Assembly: GCA_964347265.1 (NCBI GenBank)
Contig: CAYFXV010000002.1
Span: 22,821-67,534, forward strand
Direction of reading: 5' to 3'
Length of the DNA: 44,714 nucleotides
Source of the DNA: an uncultured archaeon
GTDB taxonomy: Archaea > Aenigmatarchaeota > Aenigmatarchaeia > Aenigmatarchaeales > Aenigmatarchaeaceae
Shown here: positions 8,173 to 17,299 of the stretch, piece by piece
How the letters are laid out: every line of letters begins with the position of its first letter
Numbering within the stretch: the first letter of the stretch is position 1
The notes under the pieces: model-generated
What the model saw: the letters and a program-made list of their open reading frames with translations, nothing else
Database searches by the model: none
Told to the model about the DNA's origin: nothing
Position numbers and translations under genes: made by a program

Positions 8173-10262
8173 TAAACCGCCGGAGCTAACATACCCTCTA
8201 TTGTTCCCCCAAACATACTATACGTGCCAAGCCAACTTATAATATATATTACAATTCCAATTAATAAAATAGTCCATATATTATTTCTCACACCAACAGG
8301 ATCTTCTCCATATTTAATGCCGTTTAAAAATATTGAAAGAAGAACAGCAGTTTCAATCATATAAATACCAACTATTAATTGAAATACAGGAGCTGTAATA
8401 GGCAATTCTCCTCCCATTGCCCAAGGAATCAACATCAATGATTGGGCTGCTCCCATGCCAGGACCGGCTGCTCCAATTATGCTCTGCATAGCAGCTCCTA
8501 AATTCCCTAGTATTTGTAATATAATGACAGCCAAAGTTACTGTCACGCCTGCAACTAATGGAGATAAAATCATTGCTAAAAATTTCATGCTAGAAATTGT
8601 TTCACCTAAAATTTCTTCTATCTCTTCTTTAACCTCATGTACTCCTTTCAAATATCTTGATATAACAACCATTGAGCTTGCAGCTGTTTTAACACTCTTC
8701 TTTGAAGATTGAATTACTGCTTGCATTATTGATTGAATTAGGCTAGAAGGAAAATACCATATTGCTCCAACCTCTTTATCAAACAAGGCTTGTTCAAATG
8801 TATAACCAAACTTTCTCATATTCAAGCTGATTAGCTCAAATAACTCAGATACTTTTAATTCTTTTAGATTTTCTCTTACTATATCTACTGATTGTTCTAA
8901 AGGAGTACCTCCTGCAATTATATTACCAAGTTGGAATAAAGCCACTGCAAACTCGTTTTCTATTTTTTCTATATCCCTTCTAACCTTGATTTTTTGATGA
9001 CTATCTAAAAATGCATAAATACCTACTATTAGAGCTAGTCCTAAAACAATTATCATAGAAAAACTAACAGAATAATAGGTATCAGGATTATCTAATCCAA
9101 TTAATCCTACAAATAAGAATGGTAAGGATATGAGAAGAGCTATTGGCCATATTGGAATAGTAGCATTTCCTAAAATAAACTTTCCCATTGGAGGAATTCC
9201 TTTTGCTTTGGATATGTCTGGTGGAGAAAATGTTGGAGGTTTGGTTGATAATATATGATTAACAATAAAATAGAGACACAATGGCAAAAGTATATCATAA
9301 CCAAAAACCACAAAACTTGGTTTTACTTTTTCTGAAATAAATATCAAGACTATTGGAAATAGGACCAAACCCATAACAGGAAGCAGAATACCCATTGCAT
9401 AAATGAGTGTCATTGGCATTCTTAGTTCTGCTGCATAATGTTTGGCTCTTTCTCTTGTTCCATTTAATATAACATCTATTGTTTCATTATAAACCATCTC
9501 TCTTCTTTTGCTTTCAATTGCAGAACCTCTTAAAAGATTTAGAGCTTCTGAAAATTCTTTGTTTTTATCCTTCCATTTGGTTATATAAACAATTAAAGCT
9601 TCATCAGCTGAAGAATATTTTCCAATTTCTATGTCCCACAAAAGTTTTCTTAAGTCCCAACCCAAAGGACTGTCTAGATTTCGAGATGCAAATTTTATTG
9701 CTCCTTCCATATTAGGAGAACCTCTCATATAAATGACCATGTATAAAATTGCAAGAACAGCATCAGAAGACATTTGCACGCTCATTGATTTTGCTCTAGC
9801 AGCTGGAAATTTATAAAAATACAAAAATGCTCCTAAAGCTATAATAAAACCAAACCAACCTAAAATATCACCAGAACCAAAAAAGACAATATAAAACATG
9901 GCTATGACAATCATTACTAGACCTATCAGAATTGCCAAAGAGAATGTTCCTTTAGGGGTTGCATTTATGTAAGCAGCCCTTAAATCAGTTAAAATTTCTT
10001 CTCTCATTTTTTTATCAGGATCTATTGGAAACAAACCTTCTGCAAAACGACAAGCCTTTTCATACAGTGTTTTTGGTTTTATTTTAACTTCTTCTAAAAA
10101 TTTTATGTATTCATGCGGATATGGGTAGAATTCTCTTTTTTCAGGTATTTGTATTTGACTAACTTTCAAAGCTTTTTCTAATTCTAATCTTTTAACTTCT
10201 TCAGCTTTCATCAAAGCTTTTGCAGATTTCTTTTTTTTCTTTCTTCTCAGAGTAATTTCCAT
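8172..10262 (-). CDS. Type IV pilus / T2SS-F family membrane platform protein, two-domain TadB/TadC (ArlJ-like)
   Basis: Two cytoplasmic T2SSF-like repeats (AILYMVIYMRGSPNMEGAIKF; ALFQLGNIIAGGTPLEQSV), each followed by TM bundles; coupled to the ATPase by TAATG. Confidence 0.85.
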   Translation of the reverse strand: MEITLRRKKKKKSAKALMKAEEVKRLELEKALKVSQIQIPEKREFYPYPHEYIKFLEEVKIKPKTLYEKACRFAEGLFPIDPDKKMREEILTDLRAAYINATPKGTFSLAILIGLVMIVIAMFYIVFFGSGDILGWFGFIIALGAFLYFYKFPAARAKSMSVQMSSDAVLAILYMVIYMRGSPNMEGAIKFASRNLDSPLGWDLRKLLWDIEIGKYSSADEALIVYITKWKDKNKEFSEALNLLRGSAIESKRREMVYNETIDVILNGTRERAKHYAAELRMPMTLIYAMGILLPVMGLVLFPIVLIFISEKVKPSFVVFGYDILLPLCLYFIVNHILSTKPPTFSPPDISKAKGIPPMGKFILGNATIPIWPIALLISLPFLFVGLIGLDNPDTYYSVSFSMIIVLGLALIVGIYAFLDSHQKIKVRRDIEKIENEFAVALFQLGNIIAGGTPLEQSVDIVRENLKELKVSELFELISLNMRKFGYTFEQALFDKEVGAIWYFPSSLIQSIMQAVIQSSKKSVKTAASSMVVISRYLKGVHEVKEEIEEILGETISSMKFLAMILSPLVAGVTVTLAVIILQILGNLGAAMQSIIGAAGPGMGAAQSLMLIPWAMGGELPITAPVFQLIVGIYMIETAVLLSIFLNGIKYGEDPVGVRNNIWTILLIGIVIYIISWLGTYSMFGGTIEGMLAPAV

Positions 10263-12499
10263 TAAATAGCCTTTGCATATTTCTTAAACCAATTCAACCA
10301 ATCTTCATAAACTTTTTTACTATCAACAATTCCTACTTCTTTTCTAGATTTTTCAGCGAACTCATGAAACATTTGATTTATTTTTATTGTTGTTTCAGCT
10401 TCTAACAAATCTAAATTATTAACTTTTTTAGCAATATCAACAACGGCATCTAAAATTTTAGCTCTTAACAAAATATTATCCCAAATAAGTTCCCATCTTC
10501 CTGTCCATCCAGGAACTCTTTCAGCAATTTGATTTAAAATATATGATTCACCATTTACTAGAGTGTCAGTTGGTTTTAAACTATCATCAGAAGCATGATA
10601 TTCCATAAGATTTACAAAACCTCCTTCATCAGCAGGATCTTTTTTCCAGTGCTTTCTAATCTCTGTTACTTCTACTATTCTTCTAAATGTTCTTAATCCG
10701 TCTGGAGTTTTTAATTTATTACAAACAATAACTAGATCAGTTGCTTTAAAGCTTGTTGGGGGAACTCCTAAATCATTTACAATTCTATCAAAAACACCAT
10801 AAGCAGAATCACCGTGGATTGTTCCAGCAACAACATTTGCCATTGCTCCAATTCTCATTGCTTCAAACAAGGCTTTGGCTTCCACAGATCTTATTTCTCC
10901 TATAAATAAGCAAGAATCTCCTAATCTTAATGCAGTTCTAACAACTTCTTCTGCAGGTAATTCTAACTCAACTCTTGTTATAACTGATCTAGATTTTAAT
11001 CTTTCAATGTTATAACCTAAATTTCTTAAACTTTCAACTGGTAATTCAAGTGTATCCTCTGAAACTAATATTCTATAATAAGGCAATATCTGTAACATAG
11101 TTGAGCCTAGAAAAGATGTTTTTCCAGCACCTCTTGTACCTGCTACTAAATAAGCTCTTCCATAAGATGCTAAAAACCACATCAGTGCTCCAAACAAACT
11201 GTTCATGAATTTTTGATTTATAAATAAGGGAAACGTCCATGGTTTAAATCTATGTCTTCTTATTGCAAATCCTAATCCATCTGGAGATAATCTTGGATTT
11301 ATTGCAGCAATTCTTGCAACTCCACCAGGAACAGAAACTTCTGCATCTAAAACTGGATTTGCTTCATCCAAAGGTCTACCTGATATAAGTTTAAATCTTG
11401 TTGCCCATCTATCGCCATCTGCTACTGTAGGAACTAGATTTGTTTCACATTCTTCAAAATCTTGATGATTTATAAAAAGGGGCAGATTTCCTAATGGCGA
11501 ATTAATGAAAATGTCTTGTACCCTATCGTCTCTTAACAAAATTTCTAGTATTCCTAAACCAGCAGTGTATCTTGTTAGCATCTCTGCTAGTTTTTCCATT
11601 TGTTCAGATTTAATGGTTTTTCCCATTTCTTCTGCTAAATCCTCTAATAATTCTAAACTTAAGGTATGAAAGAGTTCTCTCATTTTTTCTTGTTCAGCTA
11701 TTTCTAATTCTTTTGGCCTTCTCCTTTCTAAAATTCTTCTTGCAGCATCTAAAAGAGTATACTCTTCCTCACTTAATCTAAATTCAGGAGGAACAACATG
11801 ATAGACATATCTTATTTTTTCAGGAACTTTAAATATTTCAACATCAGTGTCCCAAACTTTGTATTTTGCAACAGGTTCTCCTGGAGGTGCTTGTGCCATG
11901 AATTTCGTATACATAAAGTTTGGTCTTATTGTTGGTTTGAAAAACTTTCTATATAATTTTCTATCACCAATATGATATCCAACTAAAAATGGTTTTGTTT
12001 TTTGAATTAATTCACACTCATCTAGAAGCTTTTTCAAGGGAAACAAAGCATTTTTAAGATAATGGTCTACACACTTTGCATATTCTTCTGAAGATTTAGC
12101 TTTAGTTTTTAAATGTCTAATTTCTCTTGTTAAGTTTAAATAAGCACCAATTGGATCACCTCTTAATTGTAATGTTACTAGATCTCTTAACCAATCATAC
12201 CATAGTCCTAGATACTTTGCACATTTTCCTGTTGCAATGTTTTTTATTGAGACTATTCTCTCTTTTTTCAAGGCTGTCATTATAGCACTAGCAATTTCCA
12301 TTAACATTCTTGTCTGATCATAATCATACTCATATTCTCTTGTTTCTGCTAAAACAATTCCAACAATCTTTTTTTCTTCAATTAATTTTTCAATAACCCT
12401 AGCCATTACAACATCAGAATCTTCAAGTGTGAACCCGAAGATAGAACCTAAACAATTCATTCTCAAGATTCCTTCTTTAATTTCAGTCTCAAAAACCAC
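10262..12499 (-). CDS. Type II/IV secretion / type IV pilus assembly ATPase (VirB11/TadA/ArlI family) with long N-terminal extension
   Basis: Walker A AGTRGAGKTS, Asp box SEDTLEL, Walker B LFIGEIR, His box GTIHG; LLRDDRVQDIFIN motif. Confidence 0.92.
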   Translation of the reverse strand: MVFETEIKEGILRMNCLGSIFGFTLEDSDVVMARVIEKLIEEKKIVGIVLAETREYEYDYDQTRMLMEIASAIMTALKKERIVSIKNIATGKCAKYLGLWYDWLRDLVTLQLRGDPIGAYLNLTREIRHLKTKAKSSEEYAKCVDHYLKNALFPLKKLLDECELIQKTKPFLVGYHIGDRKLYRKFFKPTIRPNFMYTKFMAQAPPGEPVAKYKVWDTDVEIFKVPEKIRYVYHVVPPEFRLSEEEYTLLDAARRILERRRPKELEIAEQEKMRELFHTLSLELLEDLAEEMGKTIKSEQMEKLAEMLTRYTAGLGILEILLRDDRVQDIFINSPLGNLPLFINHQDFEECETNLVPTVADGDRWATRFKLISGRPLDEANPVLDAEVSVPGGVARIAAINPRLSPDGLGFAIRRHRFKPWTFPLFINQKFMNSLFGALMWFLASYGRAYLVAGTRGAGKTSFLGSTMLQILPYYRILVSEDTLELPVESLRNLGYNIERLKSRSVITRVELELPAEEVVRTALRLGDSCLFIGEIRSVEAKALFEAMRIGAMANVVAGTIHGDSAYGVFDRIVNDLGVPPTSFKATDLVIVCNKLKTPDGLRTFRRIVEVTEIRKHWKKDPADEGGFVNLMEYHASDDSLKPTDTLVNGESYILNQIAERVPGWTGRWELIWDNILLRAKILDAVVDIAKKVNNLDLLEAETTIKINQMFHEFAEKSRKEVGIVDSKKVYEDWLNWFKKYAKAI

Positions 12500-12564
12500 T
12501 AAGACACCCTTAAATTATATTCAATATTTATATTAACATTCTAATAATAATATTTGTTGATTTA
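12500..12564. promoter_or_regulatory. Divergent promoter region between ATPase operon and coiled-coil gene pair
   Basis: 65-nt AT-rich gap between head-to-head starts, containing TATA-like tttatatt and ttatattc. Confidence 0.45.
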
Positions 12565-12954
12565 ATGGCAGAAAAAGGCATTGAAACTGTTCTAAATGAA
12601 ATTGTAAGAAGGACTAATGAAACTTTTAGAAGATTGAGAGATTTAGAAGAAAGAGATGCTTTAATTGAAAACCGAATTGACACTTTAGAGAGTACTGTTT
12701 TAAGAATAGAAGAAGAACAAAAAAATATTAAAGAAGCATTAACAGCAAAAATCGATGAAATAGAAAAAAATATAATTAGGATTGATAATGAATTATTAAG
12801 GATTAATAAGAATTTAGAGAAGGCAGCTAAAAAAACAGAGTTAAAAGAATTAGAGAATATAATATCAATTTATAATCCAATAAGAACAAAATTTATAACA
12901 GAAGAAGAAGCAGAAAGAATAATAGAAGAGAGGTTAAGAAATGTTTCCGTTTAG
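12565..12954 (+). CDS. Coiled-coil protein, unknown function
   Basis: Heptad pattern over most of 129 aa; no TM. Confidence 0.75.
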   Translation: MAEKGIETVLNEIVRRTNETFRRLRDLEERDALIENRIDTLESTVLRIEEEQKNIKEALTAKIDEIEKNIIRIDNELLRINKNLEKAAKKTELKELENIISIYNPIRTKFITEEEAERIIEERLRNVSV

Positions 12955-13711
12955 TATAGGTAAAAAGAAAAAGGAAAAGAAAAAGGTTTATATTCCTGTT
13001 GATCTTGTTTTAAGATATTCTGGCCAAGGTCTTTCTGAACCTGATATAATTGCTAGATTAGAAGCACAGGGATTTCCTCAACATCATATTGATAAAGCTT
13101 TAAGAATTGCTTTAAGGGAAAAAGTGATTTCTGGTGCACCACCAACACCAATGGCAACACTTGAAGAACCTGTACCAGAAGTACCATCACCAATGCCATT
13201 TGGAGAAGTTCCTACAGGAGCTCCTATTGAAGAGCATTTTGAAGGACCCGTTCTAATGGGAGAAGCAAGAAGTCCAATGCCATTGGGCTATCCTCCTGAA
13301 AGAATTATACAAAGACCTCCAAAGGCTCCACAACCAATAACAGAGCAGCCTGAAGTTAGAAGAGCTGAATCACTACCACCAACTGAAATAACTGTTGAAG
13401 AAATTATTGAAGCAATAGTGTCTGAAAGATGGAGAGATTTTGAGGAAAGATTAAGTGCTTTTGAAAAAAGAGATTTGCAATTGCAACATCAGATTGAAGC
13501 ATTGAGAAAAGAAGTTGATGCTATTGAAAGAGTTTTAGAAGAAAAAGAGAAAACCATGATTTCTAAACTTGAAGAGTTTGGAGGCTCTATTGAAGGCATA
13601 CAAGGAAGAATTGGTGGTATTGAAAGAGTCTTTAAAGACTTTCTACCAGAATTAACAACTAATATTAAAACTATGTCTAGTTTAGTAGAAAAAATGAAAA
13701 AAGAAAAATAA
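12941..13711 (+). CDS. Small helical N-domain, Pro-rich linker and C-terminal coiled-coil protein
   Basis: MFPFSIGKKKK N-terminus; GLSEPDIIARLEAQGFPQHHIDKAL helical motif; Pro-rich aa ~65-148; coiled coil from VEEIIEAIVSERW. Confidence 0.75.
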   Translation: MFPFSIGKKKKEKKKVYIPVDLVLRYSGQGLSEPDIIARLEAQGFPQHHIDKALRIALREKVISGAPPTPMATLEEPVPEVPSPMPFGEVPTGAPIEEHFEGPVLMGEARSPMPLGYPPERIIQRPPKAPQPITEQPEVRRAESLPPTEITVEEIIEAIVSERWRDFEERLSAFEKRDLQLQHQIEALRKEVDAIERVLEEKEKTMISKLEEFGGSIEGIQGRIGGIERVFKDFLPELTTNIKTMSSLVEKMKKEK

Positions 13712-13734
13712 AAAAGTCACTGAAATCAAGAGTC

Positions 13735-14253
13735 TTAAAATCCTTTAGCTTCTGAAAGCATCCATAAGACTGCAACACCGACTATGATTAATAGCCAAGT
13801 TCCCATACTAAATGCAGGTATACCGATTCCAAGTAAAGCGAAACCACCTACAGCCCAAAATACTGCTACTGCGATTATAAACATTACTGCAGCAGCTGCT
13901 GTTGAGTGCATTTTAATGAAAGGTACGTGTTGACCTTCTTTTGTTGTACCTCCTGTTCCTGCTACTTCAAGTAATGCTATTAAAGCTAGAGCTCCTATTG
14001 CAACAGCAACCAAACCTGTTGACATACCAGCTATTACTGAAATCAAAGTTGCTGGAACTGCCATTAATACTAGGAATCCAACTGCTATAGATATTAATGC
14101 AGCTGGTGCTCTACCTAAAATCTTTGCTTTACTTAAAACACCGAATACTATTGCGAATGTCAATACCCACAATAAAATGTGAGGTAGACCTATTGCTGTC
14201 AATGGACAACCTGCACCAGGGGGACATACCATGCTTAATATTCCGTTAGGCAT
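13735..14253 (-). CDS. Multi-pass membrane protein, paralog D
   Basis: LPHILLWVLTFAIVFGVL motif; about 5 TM; ATG 14253 follows GGTGA. Confidence 0.75.
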   Translation of the reverse strand: MPNGILSMVCPPGAGCPLTAIGLPHILLWVLTFAIVFGVLSKAKILGRAPAALISIAVGFLVLMAVPATLISVIAGMSTGLVAVAIGALALIALLEVAGTGGTTKEGQHVPFIKMHSTAAAAVMFIIAVAVFWAVGGFALLGIGIPAFSMGTWLLIIVGVAVLWMLSEAKGF

Positions 14254-14270
14254 ATTTTTCACCAATTTTT

Positions 14271-14849
14271 TTATTTTTCACCACTTTCTTTAACTAATAT
14301 CCAAACACTTGCCACCATAACAATAAGGAAAACTCCAATTGCTAACACTGATTGTGAAATTGCTATTGTTGGAATTGCTATGAAATTCAAGCCTCCTGCT
14401 CCAACGAACACCAATATTGCAATTATTATTAAAGCTGCTCCAAAAAACCTTGGATGTTTGGAAAATATGTGTTCTCCTCCTGCTTTTGTTTGAGTTATTT
14501 CAAGGAAGATCATTGTAACTATTAATCCAAAAGCAACCACTATTGCAGATGTGCTTAAAGTACTAAGGAATGTAGCAGCTTGTGTTCCTGCAGCAGCTAC
14601 TAATACTAGGAATGAAGCAACTATTGATATCACTCCTCTAGCTGTTATTGATTTAGGCAATTCTATATGAGACAATATTCCATATACTACTGCTAAGGTT
14701 AATAGCCAAAGTAAGACTAACTGAAATCCAGCATTTCTCAATGTGACTATCATTGACTCAATTGGATTTGCAAAGGCTGGAGTTGCAGCTATTAAAAACC
14801 CTAGCAAAAATGCCCATGTTTTTTCAATGTTTTCAGTTAGTTTATTCAT
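14271..14849 (-). CDS. Multi-pass membrane protein, paralog C, with possible signal peptide
   Basis: ATG 14849 after AGGTGG; LLWLLTLAVVYGIL motif; N-terminal ...IAATPAFA|NP. Confidence 0.75.
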   Translation of the reverse strand: MNKLTENIEKTWAFLLGFLIAATPAFANPIESMIVTLRNAGFQLVLLWLLTLAVVYGILSHIELPKSITARGVISIVASFLVLVAAAGTQAATFLSTLSTSAIVVAFGLIVTMIFLEITQTKAGGEHIFSKHPRFFGAALIIIAILVFVGAGGLNFIAIPTIAISQSVLAIGVFLIVMVASVWILVKESGEK

Positions 14850-14919
14850 ATTACTACCACCTAGTAATATATTGCTTAGAAGTTGTATATAAAGGTATCG
14901 TTTTACTACTTTTTGATGA

Positions 14920-15432
14920 TTATCCTCTAACAGGAACAGGAACAAGCTGTTTTTCTTTTTCTCCACCAACTTTGAAGGCTAACCAGAATACTAGAGCAAT
15001 GATTATAAGTACAAAGAAAAGAAACAGGTTTTCTCCACCTCCAATATAGGGAAGTGGAGGGATCATATCTATGTAAAGAAGCCCTATTGATAATAAAATA
15101 AATAAAATTACACCATTAATAAACAAGGCACCACTAGGCTCACCTTTTTTAGCCTCTTTTCTTACTCCAAAGACCTCTAAAACAAAGATTATGAAAAACA
15201 TTGCAATGAAGAATATGCTTATGCTTCCAAACTGGGACCATAAAAAATTAACAAAGGCTGTGTTAGAGGCAGCAAAAAAAGCTAATGCTAAAGATACGAG
15301 AAAATTAACTCCTTTATTTTTAAAAACATTGGCAGTATTCACAGCACCAAAGACAACTGCTAAGATGAATAGAAAGGGTATTAAGGTCTGTTCTGACTGA
15401 AACATTGTTAAATCAAATCCAAATGGTTGCAT
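14920..15432 (-). CDS. Multi-pass membrane protein, paralog B
   Basis: LIPFLFILAVVFGAV...VNFLVSLALAFF; about 5 TM. Confidence 0.75.
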   Translation of the reverse strand: MQPFGFDLTMFQSEQTLIPFLFILAVVFGAVNTANVFKNKGVNFLVSLALAFFAASNTAFVNFLWSQFGSISIFFIAMFFIIFVLEVFGVRKEAKKGEPSGALFINGVILFILLSIGLLYIDMIPPLPYIGGGENLFLFFVLIIIALVFWLAFKVGGEKEKQLVPVPVRG

Positions 15433-15434
15433 TG

Positions 15435-16049
15435 TTATCCTCCTAGTCTATCTATTTCATCTCTTATTTCTTCTATTTTAGCTTCTGCATCTCCTATCCT
15501 ATTACGCATGTTTGATACTGCACGCGTATTACCCTCTGCTCGGGCTTCTTCTAATTGATGTTGATACCTTCTTATTTTTTTATTGATTACATCTATTTCT
15601 CTTTCTAAAGCATCTATTTTTCTAGTTTTTTGAAACACCTTCTTTCCAGCTTCCCGTCCTAATTTTGTTAAAGCAGGACCTCTGGATGGATGAATAACAA
15701 CGCTTACAAAAAAAACAATTAAAGAGAGTGCTAATGCTATGTATAACCATGTTGTAAATATAGGTACTAACATTGTTCCAAATATTCCACTATAAATCAA
15801 ATATATAAAAACAATTATACTAACAAGATATTGAAATCCTCTATGCTCTCCAACAACCCTTAAAACAATTTGTCTTGAAAAAGCATAAATAAATAAGAAT
15901 AAAACAAGCATGGGAATAAGAATCAAATAAATAACCTGATCCTGGATTGTTGTATATTTGTATAAAAGTGTAGGGCTGATTTTAAGAACTTCTCTAAAGA
16001 TTAAATTAAACATATCTGTTGATCCTGCACCCAAATATTCGAATGCCAT
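15435..16049 (-). CDS. Membrane protein with C-terminal coiled coil, divergent paralog A
   Basis: LIPMLVLFLFIYAF...FQYLVSIIVFIYL; 3 TM then charged heptad tail. Confidence 0.7.
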   Translation of the reverse strand: MAFEYLGAGSTDMFNLIFREVLKISPTLLYKYTTIQDQVIYLILIPMLVLFLFIYAFSRQIVLRVVGEHRGFQYLVSIIVFIYLIYSGIFGTMLVPIFTTWLYIALALSLIVFFVSVVIHPSRGPALTKLGREAGKKVFQKTRKIDALEREIDVINKKIRRYQHQLEEARAEGNTRAVSNMRNRIGDAEAKIEEIRDEIDRLGG

Positions 16050-16100
16050 AAGAAAAATATTGATAACTATGCATATAAAAGTTTATTTATTTTTAATCTT

Positions 16101-16244
16101 TTAGCAACCTGCGTATTCTTTTTCTTTTATTTTTATGTGATATTTTCCCTTTCCTACTACCTTTTTAACATTTTCATATTCTACATTGTCTGCTGGCCCA
16201 AATTCTTCTTCTACTTCCTTTCTAACTTGTTTATCATTTGTCAT
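16101..16244 (-). CDS. 47-aa microprotein paralogous to the C-terminus of the upstream gene (not in ORF track)
   Basis: GGAGG RBS; MTNDKQVRKEVEEEFGPADNVEYENVKKVVGKGKYHIKIKEKEYAGC*. Confidence 0.75.
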   Translation of the reverse strand: MTNDKQVRKEVEEEFGPADNVEYENVKKVVGKGKYHIKIKEKEYAGC

Positions 16245-16258
16245 TAATATTCCTCCTT

Positions 16259-16642
16259 TTAGTTGGAACATGCAAATTCTTTTTCTGTTCTTTTGTTGTG
16301 ATATGCTCCTCTTCCTTTCACAATTTTAGTAATTTCATATTCTACATCATTTGATAAAAACTCTTCTTCTTCCTCTTTTCTAATTGGTTTCTCTCCATAA
16401 TCTAGTGCTTTTAACGTTAAGGGACTTTTTAAAAAATCTTCATAAGATGATGGAGCTCCTCCTGTTTTTTCTCCATATATTTTCTTTTTAGCCCATTCAG
16501 AATAATTTGTTCTAAGACCTTCATAAAGACCTACTGCTGCTGGGATTTGTAGTGCTCCACCTACAGCTAGGACATCTATGGTATTAATATCAGCTAGGGG
16601 TCCTATAAGTTCAAATCCAACAACTGATCTAACTTTTGGCAT
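16259..16642 (-). CDS. Hypothetical protein
   Basis: ATG 16642 after AGGTGAT; no recognised family. Confidence 0.65.
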   Translation of the reverse strand: MPKVRSVVGFELIGPLADINTIDVLAVGGALQIPAAVGLYEGLRTNYSEWAKKKIYGEKTGGAPSSYEDFLKSPLTLKALDYGEKPIRKEEEEEFLSNDVEYEITKIVKGRGAYHNKRTEKEFACSN

Positions 16643-16658
16643 ATCTATCACCTAGATC

Positions 16659-16883
16659 CTAATAAACAACCGGACCATAACCCATTTGTCCAGTATTAAT
16701 ATTCATAACATTGGTTATTGCACAGGCTGCTGATAAATCATCTGATACGTATTCTAGTGGTTCTGCACGTCTTACTAATTCTGATATACCTAGTACAATA
16801 TCATTGAAAACATTTCTTTCAGGCACATTATCACAATAATTTATTATACAGTAATCTTTAAATAGCTTTCGTTTTTTTACCAC
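16659..16883 (-). CDS. Hypothetical protein
   Basis: 74-aa ORF co-oriented with and abutting the next gene; TATA-like box near 16910. Confidence 0.55.
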   Translation of the reverse strand: MVKKRKLFKDYCIINYCDNVPERNVFNDIVLGISELVRRAEPLEYVSDDLSAACAITNVMNINTGQMGYGPVVY

Positions 16884-16949
16884 TTTATAGTAAATAAAAA
16901 AACGATACCTTTATATACCAGTTAGTATATACTACTTTATGGTGATAAA

Positions 16950-17042
16950 ATGTTAGTATTACCTACATTAGTAACTTCCATTGTAATGGAAGAATATGGC
17001 GAAGAAGACGAAGCAGATAGAGAAGAACATGAGTTAGATTGA
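16950..17042 (+). CDS. 30-aa acidic microprotein (not in ORF track)
   Basis: GGTGA at 16941-16945, ATG 16950; MLVLPTLVTSIVMEEYGEEDEADREEHELD*; T-tract downstream. Confidence 0.5.
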   Translation: MLVLPTLVTSIVMEEYGEEDEADREEHELD

Positions 17043-17059
17043 AAATCTTCCTCCCTTTT

Positions 17060-17299
17060 TTATTTTTCTATTTTTAAAACCTCCAATTCTTCGCATATCT
17101 CAAGAATCGCCCAACTCCAAACAACACTCTCAAAAGCTTTAATAAAATCTTTATTATTTAAAAAATGTTTTGAATCAGCAATATAAGCTTTCATATTTGT
17201 AAGCATTTCCTCACCTTTTTCATCAGTAATTTTTATTCTATCAACCAAAGGTTCAATTTTCTCTAACATTTTCAAGGTTTCTTCTTTTAATTTTTCCAT
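17060..17299 (-). CDS. DUF357 family protein
   Basis: AYIADSKHFLNNKDFIKAFESVVWSWAILE pattern; downstream of dph5 as is common in archaea. Confidence 0.8.
   Translation of the reverse strand: MEKLKEETLKMLEKIEPLVDRIKITDEKGEEMLTNMKAYIADSKHFLNNKDFIKAFESVVWSWAILEICEELEVLKIEK

Noticed and set aside
8172..12499. Archaellum motor (arlI/arlJ)
   Set aside because: No archaellins or ArlF/G/H in the window; ATPase has an atypical long N-terminus.
1..16049. Conjugative or Ced-type DNA transfer system
   Set aside because: No VirB4/HerA ATPase, relaxase or coupling protein is visible.
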